Source of the DNA: Nitriliruptoraceae bacterium
GTDB lineage: Bacteria; Actinomycetota; Nitriliruptoria; Nitriliruptorales; Nitriliruptoraceae
Assembly (NCBI GenBank): GCA_035267125.1
Contig: DATFMD010000380.1
Span: 1 to 52,013 of the forward strand
DNA: 52,013 bases
Direction of reading: 5' to 3'
The stretch's first letter is position 1. Every line of letters starts with the position of its first letter. This document shows, in pieces, positions 43,101 through 48,235 of the stretch. A model generated the notes under the pieces. It was not told where the DNA came from, ran no database searches, and saw only the letters and a program-made list of their open reading frames with translations. Made by a program: the position numbers and the translations under genes.

Positions 43101-46100
43101 CCCAGCCCAACGCTGATCCCCTCGTGGCAGGGCGTGACCACCTGCTCGGTGGCGCCGGCCACGACCTGGTGTTCGGCGACCATGGCAGCGTTTCGCAGGA
43201 CGTCGAGGAGGCGACGGTCGGCCCCGACGGCTGGCGTCGGGGGTTGGTGCTGCCCCAGCGGATCGAGACGACGCGTCGGGTCGTGTCACTGGCCACCGTG
43301 CAGCCGCTCAACGGCGCCGCCGACCGGATCGAGGGCGGGGCCGGCAACGACGTCGTGCTGGCTGGGGGAGCCGGGGACACGGTGTCGGGCGGCTCGGGCA
43401 ACGACCTGGTGTTCGGCGACTTCGGGCGCGTCGACCGGACCACGGCGTTCGTCGACGAGGCGCTGCCGCTGTTGCCGCTGAACCTGCCCGTGGCCATGCA
43501 CCCGATCACGTGGACTTCGATCGACACCGGCAGCGACCGCAATGGCGCCGATGACCTGTTGCGGGCAGACGGTGGCGACGACGTCGTCATCGGTGGCCAG
43601 GGCGGGGACCGGATCACCGGCGGGGACGGTGACGACGACATCGTCGGTGGCCACAACGTCGCGGGTGGCCAGGACGGCGACGACGTCGTCGATGCGGGCG
43701 CCGGCAACGACGTGGTTGCCGGGGACAACGCGAACCTGCTGCGCACGGGGACGACGGTGGGGCCCCGCATGCGGGTGCTGGTCGGAAGCGCGATCTTTGC
43801 GGTCGAGACCGGCGAGCCGCTGGTGACAGGTGAGTTCCAGGCAGACCCGCGCGGTGCGAGCGTGCGTCACGTGACGCTGTTCGACCACGTGCTCGGCGCC
43901 GACCCAGCCACCTTCGGCGACGACGTGCTCGCCGGCGGGGCCGACGACGATGTGCTGTTCGGTCAACTCGGCGACGACTGGCTCCAGGGCGACGGTGCGA
44001 CGATCGACGATGACGGGATCGTTGTCCTGGACGTGGTCCGAACCGGCGTCTCGGTGGAGGACTGGGCAGGGCCAGGCCGCGACGGCGACGACTGGATCGA
44101 GGGCAATGGCGGCAACGACACGATCTTCGGCAACCTCGGCCAGGACGATCTGGTCGGCGACAACTCGTCACTGTTCAGCCTGGTCACGCGTGCCCAGCGC
44201 GAACCGGTCGGCCACGACACGATCTTCGGTGGAGGGGGGACACGCCTGGTGCGCAACGACAGTGCCGGCTGCGGTTGCGACACCGTCAAGCACGCCACCG
44301 ATGCGGACGTGATCCTGGGTGACAACGGCGACATCTTCCGGCTGGTCGGCACCTTCGGTACCGCCTCCGGGGACTTCCTGCGCTTCAACCACGACCTGTC
44401 GGGCCCCGACCGGTGGATCATCCCGCGGGCCCATCGCCTGTTGGACTACACCCAGGGTGGTGCTGCCACCGACCTGGGCCGGTCCGACCTGCTGCACGGC
44501 GAGCGGGGCGACGACACGCTCCACGGCATGACCGGCGACGACGTCGTGTTCGGCGAGGCCGGTGACGACGACCTGTATGGCGGGACCGGCAATGACCGGC
44601 TCTACGGTGGCAGCGGCGTCGACGGGATCCTCGGTGACGACGGCAAGATCCTGACGAGCCGCAATGGCCGCAACGAGCCCCTGCACCGGCTGGCGACGCC
44701 CAATGCCGAAGTGTTGCTCAGCGTCCCCGGGCCGTTCATCGGCACGATCGAGTACCGCACGGGTGCCTTGACCAAGGCGGTCGACCTGGCCGCCTGGGAG
44801 TCAGGCGGTGCCGACGTCATCTACGGCGGGATCGGTGACGACTTCCTGCACGGCGGAGCCGGCGATGACGCCATCTCGGGCGCAGAGGCCACCCGCGACT
44901 TCTACACCGACGTCGCCCAGGACGCCGCGCTGCTGGGCTACGACCCGGCCGACCCGCTCGGCCACGACCCGGTCACGCGCATGCTGGCTGCCTACGACCC
45001 CGACGACCCTCGAACGAGGATCGACGGGTTCCTGCTCGCGTTCGACCCGTGGATCGTCGACGAGGCGACCGGTCTGCCGATCGTCACGGTGTCGGGCTGG
45101 GTGCCGCGCGACGACGGACGGGATCGGATCTTCGGCGACAACGGTCACGACTGGCTGGTCGGCGGCACCAACTACGACCGTCTGTTCGGTGGCCTGGGTG
45201 ACGATCTGCTCGACGCCGACGACAACCACGACACCAACGGTGGCCGCAACGACGGCCCCGAGACCGACGCCACCCCGGACACCAGCAGTTGGTTCGCGCA
45301 GGGGGACTTCGCCTTCGGTGGCGGCGGGTTGGACGTGCTGATCGCCAACACGGCAGCCGACCGCCTGTTCGACTGGACCGGCGAGTTCAACAGCTTCATC
45401 GTGCCGTTCAGCCCCTTCGGATCCCCGACGGTCAACCGGCGCTTCAGTCCCGCCACGCGCGACTTCCTCCGGGATCTGGGCGCCACCAGCGGCGCTGACA
45501 CCGCGACCCTGGCCGAGCCGTACGACGAGGTCGCCGTCGTCGAACCCGGCGATGACCTGTGGGGCGACCAGCACGGCGGCCCGCGTGATCCGCAGCCCGG
45601 CAACCTCCCCGGGGTCATGCGCGACGACGTCGGTGGTCCCGAATTGTCGTTGCTGATCGATCCCTGCGACATCACGTTGCTGCTGGTCGACAAGGCGATC
45701 AACGCCCTCCAGCCACTGGTGCCGACCGGTGCAGAGGATGCGGACACCGCCCCGGGTCGTCGGCTCGCGGAGGGCGACGTCGTCGTGTGGACCTACCTGG
45801 TGTCCCACCAGGGGACCGGCGCCGTGCAGGTCACCGGGATCGTCGACGACAACGGCACCCCCGACGACCCGTCCGACGACTTCGTCCCGGTGCTCGTGTC
45901 CGGCGACACCGACGGCGACGGCCTGCTCGATCCCGGCGAGACGTGGCTCTACACGTCGGCGGGGGTCGTCACGTACCGAGCGGTGCCGGGCGAGTACGCC
46001 AACTGGGTTCGCGTCACCGGCGTCGACACCGCCACGGGCCACGCCCTGGACGCCAGCGATCCCAACCACCACTTCGTCCCCGACGATCCGCCCCCAGCCA

Positions 46101-48118
46101 TCGACGTCCAGAAGGCCATCAACGCCGCAGATCCGTTGGCGCCCACCTCCACCGAGGACGCCGACGCAGTGGCGGTGGTCCTGCCGACGGGGACACAGGT
46201 CGTGTGGACCTACCTCGTGCGCAACGACGCGGACGTGGCGTTGGACTCGATCGTGCTGATCGACGATGCCGGGACACCGTCGGATCCGACGGACGACTTT
46301 GTACCCAGGCCGGTCGTGGACGTGTCCGGCTTCAACGTGGGCGACCTGGATCGGGACGGTCGCCTGGACCCGGGCGAGACCTGGCTGTTCACGTCCGAGG
46401 GCGTGTGGATGCACACCGCCAGCGGCGCGTACTGCAACCGGGTCATGGTGACGGCACGGGATGGCACCGCCGTGCTGACGGGCTCCGATCCCAACTGCCA
46501 CGACGTGCCGCCGCCCCCGCCGCCGCCCGTGGTGGATGTCGAGAAGGCGGTCAACGCGGTGGATCCGCTGGCGCCGACGGTGCTCGAGGATGCTGACTCG
46601 GCGACCGCCGCCCCCGTGCTGGTCGTGGGGGACGTGGTGACCTTCACCTACGTGGTGACCAACCCCGGGACAGTGGCTGTTGCCGTGTCGCTGGTCGACG
46701 ACAACGCCACCCCGGATCCCGCCGACGACTTCATGCCCGTCCTGGTGTCGGGCGACACCGACGGTGACGGGTTGCTGGATCCCGGGGAGGTGTGGCTGTT
46801 CGTCGCCACGGCGACGGTGCAGGAGGGGCTGCACACCAACCTGGCCACGGTCACCGCGATGGACCCCACGACCGGGGCCGAGGCCGACGACCGCGACCCC
46901 GCGAACTACGTGGGTCAGGTCCCGCCGCCTCCCACCTCCATCACCATCGACAAGCGCCTGGTGGTCGTGGCCAGCGGAGCGGAGTTCGATGCCGCAGGCC
47001 CGGGGCTGCGTCTCCCGGTCGGCACGGTGGTGCGCTGGACCTACGCGGTCAGCCTGACCGAGGGTGGCCCGGTGTCCGAGGTGACGGTGGTGGACGACAA
47101 CGGGACGCCGGACGACCTGACCGACGACTTCCTGGCGGTGTACGTGTCCGGCGACACCGACGGTGACGGCCTGCTGGACCCGGGTGAGGTGTGGGTGTTC
47201 CGCAGCGGCGAACACGTCGTCACTCGGGGCGTCTATCGCAACGTGGCCGAGGTGTCGGCGTCCGTCGACGGCTGGCGGGTCACCGCGCGTGACGCCGCGC
47301 AGCACGAAGGCACCGTCGCCGGCATTGACGTCGAAAAGGCGTTGGACCCCGCCGACTGGCGCAACCCCACCGAGGCCGAGGACGCCGACACCGGCCCCGG
47401 ACCGGCCCTGCTGCCCGGCACCGCCATCACCTGGAGTTACCTGGTCACGAACACGGGCACGGTGGAGTTGGTGATCATCGACATCATCGACGACAACGGC
47501 ACTCCCGACGACCCCACCGATGACCGTCGTCCGGTGTACGTCTCGGGAGACACCGACGGCGACGGCCGACTCGACCCGGGGGAAACGTGGCGCTTCACGC
47601 TGGACGGCGTGGTCGGGATTGGCGACTACGTGAACGAGGTCACGGTGATCGCGGTCGAGGCAGTGCCGGGCCCCGTCGCCCACGACCCCGTCACCGACAG
47701 CGACCGCAACCACCACCGCGGGGTCGACGAGGGCGAGACCGGCCAGCAGGGGCTGACCCCGGGGTTCTGGAAGAACAATGCCCGACACCACGATGCCAAC
47801 CAGTGGACATTCCTGGCGCCCGAGCAGGCCCTGGACACACTGTTCGTCGTTCCCGCGAGTCTCGGACTCGGCTCGGTCACCCTGGTCGATTCGCTCGACC
47901 TGGACGGTGGTGTGGCGGCCGCCCTGCTGCGCCACGCGGTGGCCGCCGTCCTCAACGCCCTGCATCCGGACATCGCCTATCCGATGACGGTCAGCGAGAT
48001 CGTCGCTGAAGTGAACGCCGCGCTCGCCTCGGGCGATCGTGGGCAGATCACCGCGCTCAAGGATCGCCTCGACGGGTTCAACAACCTCGGCGCACCGGTC
48101 AGCCAACAGCCTGGATGA
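25181..48118 (+). CDS. Giant (~7,645 aa) secreted repetitive adhesin-like protein with N-terminal metzincin motif, beta-solenoid region, RTX repeats and DUF11-like repeats
   Basis: Uninterrupted 23-kb ORF with normal codon bias. GTG 25181 after AAGGA begins a Sec-type signal (GRAARWSLAVLAVCLLLPLLPPAVQQAATA). HELGHVLGYDH, many GGxGxD nonapeptides at ~41.4-45.3 kb, five C-terminal repeats, GLTPGFWKN domain. Start could also be 25193. Confidence 0.92.
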   Translation: MSAGVSTLVGRAARWSLAVLAVCLLLPLLPPAVQQAATASSWTTAGPPAPDVTAPTPAELASISRSARAFWSTALPRLASNDQRLVAASTTAATAEVEPLDDATLAGALDEAVAAWSSAGHDVPAVSARVGDLPGNDLGRTDGTTITIDPTAAGHGWGGDGMDLATVVRHELGHVLGYDHGAGVMATTLAPGASHHDLPAAEHASAGGAGGTAGDLDESHDHDETEAPVEVEGDGDGHGAAEGTEEPATGQEAVAVPAVDGDDEPIDGETPDDDGAAPADPSTDGDAGTDGDPSTDGDAGTDGGASADGAQDVPLPDGAEVDVEPAELGDGAPAAGDDEVGQATRPTAWAMEDGVAVARLGSGGALDHVLRIEGTRLALVSGDGTMDLAPESVSHRVVGGDGDDVVRVDASVVAAGIVVQVDGGLGHDRLVGPTGDVDWTISGSGAGRFATVGFDGFEDLSGAADNRDTFFFEAGGTLAGVVDGGVDGHDTLVVASGSFGRVVYAVTGPTSGTVRRDDDLVTYTGLEPTVDTTGGPKEFDGTGISETITIRTQGTSLYVDIGIGEDLELTNPAAVTSLTVRAGLGNNTIRIELLPATFAGALTIDGGIGDDTVVFASNLALAGSAVTVDAEAIVVESGVTIDTRSRDATGATVGDSGAITLRGEHVTLTGASIQAGADPASGHAAGDVTIAAARTAVLEVTGFLPIDPSVNTASVDIANSTVNGGTVSITAAAEDGTFWGTVGDVGDTWLASLEDLIGQVPGLSLSALTGIGGQISVRYATATVNLTDATITAAGDAEVGATASTDASIHTVSFNGVAASGAFAISIAYGQAWSTATTTIERSSIIAVGTVTVYSSAATNAFVKARTAANSGPTSSGDARAIAIAIAHTKEVAHTIVSAGSEVRSLEHSVAITADGEVTNFAWAQPNVSDSGTLAIAFAFDFDIADVKTVVDGRVDAAGGMDGTFSANSDVDYTANTIRILGHGFADGEAVGYSPGSVAVALGDVEAPPISGLDEPEITWYVQYVDADTVRLARAPTIALDYVPPTGPTSTHRLSTLASLAIGSVTTANDTLAFASPHGFSTGDVVTYIGSAANAGGTLGPAIGGMTTGTVYVVEVVGATTIRLREVGGGLVDLTTGTGGWTHELVREVAPLTFDPGTAVDALRNSLDFATPHGLSNGTAVVYRTDAARSTTVPLGPVRFTTGLMVVNDTTLTVAGDHVASIQVGKAVTLAVTGGTVMAQVVSATHDAATGLTTVVVDLPILAGVASIAEARFDNDFMVVVPDAPIGDLEDGGLYFVVVVDVDTIRLVASQAAVALAAPVDLAMADDLDGTGLGDDHALSTSGCTAGVCILATLSATNAINAASEISDPSSPAASIAGGLTGGFGNVDEMIGAIAAIGQLATKKSATVPTGSSQTFQLAGAVGINYLVHTVDVIVGCDHLVTPGCTSHAQITSASGIEIAASIEQAAQVAVTSGATRCDTGTNGSCTAPAGSGSGTTIGVAIAVGLGLFTNTARVTVKDGASLDAHDGIVIDSAVAYGFLLANPLSAINPLDYLRNTGPDGWAYFNDGTLGFSSNLFNTWVMTSASESDVSGGVSFALNSYTNTATATIASGARINQSTLPTYTSGDQGVDVSAGITMNLIGIVGVGGLSLSISGGIGSYESVRDAAKQGAGRGGQALEGIKSLVNPFGAEGGKAGIGASILVEVFSNTARAAIESGAAIRAGPGGLAVTSTTDIFTFALAQAGGKGSTLGLSGAVTVADLTNTTTAIIGSGARVTSGGTLSVDAHDTLDRIAIAGAVSAAKQIGAGVSIGINLVDRSTVAAIGGWDPVTATRIDPSLPAPASPVVITVADDVTIAATSDGSIVAVVLGGAIAGVNAGDTNPQSTSSQPRGFDLSAAVTVSVGVNIVEQNSVLAYVDDVDVTTGGAIAVGATTMPELLAIVVALAVKIDKPSGSTARSGGFSVDLSIAGAVAVNEVDDDVRAFASDTTLRGADVSVAAIHTSSVDADAGGVAIMAFIGSKPGTLSAAVGVSVAINTIVAHVTATLDGAAVHATGAVAVTASAAPTIQALTIAGAINVVVGGGSGSASSGATLALTGGGAGSGNVVVSTVKARVQDATVNAGGDVTVTADDTSTITADAGGVAIAVTVVPGSGGSGADFLVGIGVAVNRIGRGDTDTGNQVSAIVRGSTVDAGGRVRVAATSSATIDALTFGITVDIDVSSSSGLGVDGSLGGSFNTIHESRTLATIDQSSTVTADQHVEVHATDTSTIEADAGGFSLALAIGDGSGLDASVGVGVAINFIGGTGDGDRGAVTALIDASTVTGGTGVSVVATSTQVIDALTLGGALNGQIGGGSGVELAGGGAGAKNTIRVDVLATIRGSSTAGGPRAVVTATTGSVRVEASDAARITADAGGFAIVLKIGDGNGVNAAVGVAVAINDIANTVRAVVSRATVTADSVVVRAHVPVTATVDSLVLGGAGGLHVGTGNSNSLDLSAGVAVAINTIANVVAAIVEQGASVTARTGAVAVTAADRAMIVADAGGFALTIAVKPAGGNGAAVSAGVSVANNTITTDVLATVRSGSVTTGTGSSTGTDVFVRATSTASVAALSVSVGGSVSVTVGSGVGGAVGVAYAGATNRLAGTVRAEITSLAGGARSSVTADGDIEVEATDTATITATYIVISAAVSIGVGKGGSGAGAVSITVAGNTIDRTVEGLVGSATLDAGGAVAIRATTSRSVTVVSTSVGVTVALQISKAPISLGITVLSVETINRVGGATRARIAATAIVTSRGTGIIVAARDTTTMDASVDAVGVSLALLAATAVLVTATNTADGELASTVAGTLTATTGAVDVSATSMIDIVRTRALSVAVAIGIAGAGTGPKITATIGGSTIARIDGGASVTAHGAVTVAANQTAMLEVIANGGSGSLIAADILEATGTVERDVRAIIARGGSVSAASLAVTAVADDLDAKVSSELGNVGVAGSGIALTVTATVSSDVEARVGDETGATGAGASVIDVTGAFLIAATSKAATATADVRGGSGSVLIAVTLMSATAEVTGTTTARLGSLGAGSFDVGSLQVVADEQDRLADADLLIVSVGLLGSGLGGEDGNLPVKARVDGDITAEVAPGVAVTVDGAVIVDATGRADADARADGGAGCLGFCVAIIDVEASNDLDVRAGIAANAHLSAGSLSITAATALQIDGAVIVGQGAIIGGGGRAQADATASGAVTAVVGDQADLTLAGGPVLVEAKSDVRGFADVLIATGNLLVGGREAKATTDLTHTTEARIGERATVVVRGGPDDDAADVTIRATSTVEGDAKAQSYGGAILGDGGAARATTTVTPVVLATIGASSRLDVDGDVTLEAVFANTGSAPSAEVVAIDPDAETVTVDTGLRLRDGDIVTFGNGTLPTSLVSGRQYQVLVVAPGVVQLGSMLDGSSIDATRDTITFGGEHMFATGDRVRVVARTLGGFDPATNVDDAADSIRLDVRTALRTGDAVVYRNADGVAVGGLVDGTTYWVVVDPTDSQRIRLAASRADAMAAVPVVIDLTATTESGQRDTFIGVLDGIDPATTYVVSVVDDRTIKLLTGSEAPSLAFTGADVAADTITIVGHGFLDGQHVTYTGPGGAIEFSWDLVDAVTTVQTIEGRSVPIPKVSSTGDVAVDVDLDTIYVGPDHGLTTGTVVRYHAPTGGPAIVGLVNGQDYRVIVVTRPGATVSAEVQLAAAGSVTAVRFSSDFFNGAAWDGDTIRRVDGQSWAAFGFATGQVITIAGSLGNDGDWTISSVSGATLVLTTQNVILDTVFADDVIEVTSGVIAIDRLRTSVTWTSDASNGLAYDNDIVRRADGQNWSAFGFAAGQRVFVVGSGANSDTYVIRRLDGDVMVLDMKNRVVDTVVSEQVTISEIGTYSITRLPRLDIGGLVDGVTYYVRRLDDDEFQLAATPGGAPLALDGSGRTLTHFIGTTGIDLGPGSGRHAVVLDLDTSTGTFDVLGPEGEDLAEILGTGGDGQSTAIALGGSGALGVSASEPRTTITVSPWVVACVGDQEATTEACDGSATGAARTTVVAAGAITVAAESTADVYTNVDVRSGGIVQVGVARSKGVLEPVTLAIVGTRSRLEGANVSVVATMTATLKVTTTAAGGGVVAVSDADASGTIDFLTLAAFDSDTDVTARDGIVGHATTTVSGTVEATSFAAGGAFWASADANFDNISEFTPAGLKVVGQSLVLVASGARLSAETVSLVARVPHLSAASRAGAESFAVVVFLAVTKAYAVANTFVDVGAHVVVESGVTRQTLVEGRRGVDLRALADSVSIVRRAGRLAVGLIPPQGAFAGPCDSTGDCKRALIFYTRGTIWVGTGVDVGANVHIVAGARDAAASALAHPQTGGAAYPALALFVESHVGTTTDKPESWKVWTQEGYFDDHLSSLRTTSDAILDGDVTILGGRRGAPTLVVDEAGIIRAANGVQIRCDQAIAGVCAAGQLRDATVGTLVDPDDNGSYRVVVVNEGGANVLVAADSLIANGGRATLPWPLWTFADTLAGVTIVDHSDVRLVIEGIDVVAPATARPTVWLVTERDNADPVEPTTPYRLQFDLRRTAGEPFVDVQKWGNAILEVAGTITNPTGWTHLLAVLSDIEGGTGWVVTNVAHIEAVAGAIGTVTRLQVKLVQSIDRGRDVAATGDDVLRTTQLHARAAGDVVLRLWAADRVPMSHPLNGPFVVWIDRVESRAGDVDLDLLDSVREHGSATPGAVRVIVFDSQAGIPGTSGAPVLDHVYTDHFLPDAGGAVGLDPGAYATSGTCTATDTTDCIPSIYRFQQRGTFPSRTTATWSGTGLAWDAYDPGVRVSRDATVPGGTPVAGLVAAGHLDVVHAGPDSPLLVIVGWVDLADAGSGFVTVDTDGQVHITETSGDLRVGRIRSRLARVVLAARTGGILDADPSDAADATDPSDVIGVGITLHALAGSIGTEADFLEIDLIGDAPLSRLNADATGQVLVTETAGDLRVGLVVSTQASGAGTTDVALSARAGSILDGLGDDRADVVAIRIDLGAFGGGIGSSAFDLGVNSSSTATGSLYLYATGPIRVTETAGAMRLLAAISTQGLVRLTIPDTNQTRAPPTAAGDNSTPEDLLLLTQGSAIIFQGDVRTIATDPGTTPAPTPNRSGIWAALDISLWIGDDLLAPAGSWIVAGGTIFIHGDVDRETASPTAIDPDPHGTPAGTNLDPGGTVMVFAGTLGGVFDACWTGIACGGANPTDLVRIFGNTETDWVTFDATLLGAVTRVYGSDDLSATNEPAGDGDDVVLVDRLRSTPHRLTIDGQQGSDFTEVRTTGSQGDRRSYVVNVLDTGAADDGIDRLLVRGTDLSDDVFLLRGASAIAGEVSDRPAFVALLHDDVADARCGVDADPACTRPGEVQRINYDAGLDDLTGGVEVRGLAGDDTFASDDTSAPVRLDGGVGDDTFQVGQLYGSRRDLAAVVAVDRFPTTATTRGWLSRGNSRAMLAAGGAGDDVFQVYANQAPLRLEGDAGNDLFTVRAFALAETTGDCDDLASTTCAVVWRDEAGRVAMPVLVGAQVQYVVNEVVEIDGGAGFDKTVAIATEFGDHLVVDETGVYGAGLTVSVTTIEALEVDAMEGDDRIDVVGTAAGLGTRVIGGLGSDIVGVAGDVVDDVVSQKSFPKRAHVLTVLRGPLAVEGGETGADRSLWIALLLPGERNGPLFAIAAQPTEREQVDLLGVYDDGRPVGASGELGATTVTGFGMAGPLTFASTAFGESTTLPGGISFAATLVAGGVVTTDPARTTLEVVSLLLGPGADALLVTGSVAPAVDLSTGVVAAHGGLTVVHAGGGGDLVTVTGGGGPASPLVLYGDTSQDGRWYGGSSAALSFVDLGSKPFVGVVGSAPTFVVGQAVAFTAPGNDTIDAAATGTPGAAIGVIAFGGPGDDTLVGSVAADVLAGGSGDDRIEGRAGDDHVHGDSGIDVDVRSRLLTVPTVNSSAQPNADPLVAGRDHLLGGAGHDLVFGDHGSVSQDVEEATVGPDGWRRGLVLPQRIETTRRVVSLATVQPLNGAADRIEGGAGNDVVLAGGAGDTVSGGSGNDLVFGDFGRVDRTTAFVDEALPLLPLNLPVAMHPITWTSIDTGSDRNGADDLLRADGGDDVVIGGQGGDRITGGDGDDDIVGGHNVAGGQDGDDVVDAGAGNDVVAGDNANLLRTGTTVGPRMRVLVGSAIFAVETGEPLVTGEFQADPRGASVRHVTLFDHVLGADPATFGDDVLAGGADDDVLFGQLGDDWLQGDGATIDDDGIVVLDVVRTGVSVEDWAGPGRDGDDWIEGNGGNDTIFGNLGQDDLVGDNSSLFSLVTRAQREPVGHDTIFGGGGTRLVRNDSAGCGCDTVKHATDADVILGDNGDIFRLVGTFGTASGDFLRFNHDLSGPDRWIIPRAHRLLDYTQGGAATDLGRSDLLHGERGDDTLHGMTGDDVVFGEAGDDDLYGGTGNDRLYGGSGVDGILGDDGKILTSRNGRNEPLHRLATPNAEVLLSVPGPFIGTIEYRTGALTKAVDLAAWESGGADVIYGGIGDDFLHGGAGDDAISGAEATRDFYTDVAQDAALLGYDPADPLGHDPVTRMLAAYDPDDPRTRIDGFLLAFDPWIVDEATGLPIVTVSGWVPRDDGRDRIFGDNGHDWLVGGTNYDRLFGGLGDDLLDADDNHDTNGGRNDGPETDATPDTSSWFAQGDFAFGGGGLDVLIANTAADRLFDWTGEFNSFIVPFSPFGSPTVNRRFSPATRDFLRDLGATSGADTATLAEPYDEVAVVEPGDDLWGDQHGGPRDPQPGNLPGVMRDDVGGPELSLLIDPCDITLLLVDKAINALQPLVPTGAEDADTAPGRRLAEGDVVVWTYLVSHQGTGAVQVTGIVDDNGTPDDPSDDFVPVLVSGDTDGDGLLDPGETWLYTSAGVVTYRAVPGEYANWVRVTGVDTATGHALDASDPNHHFVPDDPPPAIDVQKAINAADPLAPTSTEDADAVAVVLPTGTQVVWTYLVRNDADVALDSIVLIDDAGTPSDPTDDFVPRPVVDVSGFNVGDLDRDGRLDPGETWLFTSEGVWMHTASGAYCNRVMVTARDGTAVLTGSDPNCHDVPPPPPPPVVDVEKAVNAVDPLAPTVLEDADSATAAPVLVVGDVVTFTYVVTNPGTVAVAVSLVDDNATPDPADDFMPVLVSGDTDGDGLLDPGEVWLFVATATVQEGLHTNLATVTAMDPTTGAEADDRDPANYVGQVPPPPTSITIDKRLVVVASGAEFDAAGPGLRLPVGTVVRWTYAVSLTEGGPVSEVTVVDDNGTPDDLTDDFLAVYVSGDTDGDGLLDPGEVWVFRSGEHVVTRGVYRNVAEVSASVDGWRVTARDAAQHEGTVAGIDVEKALDPADWRNPTEAEDADTGPGPALLPGTAITWSYLVTNTGTVELVIIDIIDDNGTPDDPTDDRRPVYVSGDTDGDGRLDPGETWRFTLDGVVGIGDYVNEVTVIAVEAVPGPVAHDPVTDSDRNHHRGVDEGETGQQGLTPGFWKNNARHHDANQWTFLAPEQALDTLFVVPASLGLGSVTLVDSLDLDGGVAAALLRHAVAAVLNALHPDIAYPMTVSEIVAEVNAALASGDRGQITALKDRLDGFNNLGAPVSQQPG
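26018..26089 (+). repeat. 36-bp tandem duplication (DPSTDGDAGTDG x2) in acidic linker
   Basis: GATCCGTCGACCGATGGCGACGCGGGGACGGATGG occurs at 26018 and 26054. Confidence 0.88.
45686..47720 (+). repeat. Five ~130-145-aa DUF11/DUF7507-like repeats in the giant protein
   Basis: Each unit reads K(A/R)..., (W/F)(T/S)YxV, DDxxTP..D, GDxDxDGxLDPGExW, then (Y/H)xN near the end. Units start near 45686, 46100, 46532, 46940 and 47324. Confidence 0.85.
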
Positions 48119-48235
48119 TCCTGATCGTCGTGACCCCGGCACGTCGATTTCGCCAAGTCGTGGAGCTGCCACTAGCGTGCGTCCTCGTCGGGCCGGTCAG
48201 CCCGCGATGAACCGCTCCCGAGGAGGCCTGCCAGC

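Noticed and set aside
25181-48118. NRPS/PKS or Rhs/CDI toxin explanation for the giant ORF
   Set aside because: No adenylation, KS, YD-repeat or toxin/immunity features. The motifs are those of secreted repetitive surface proteins.
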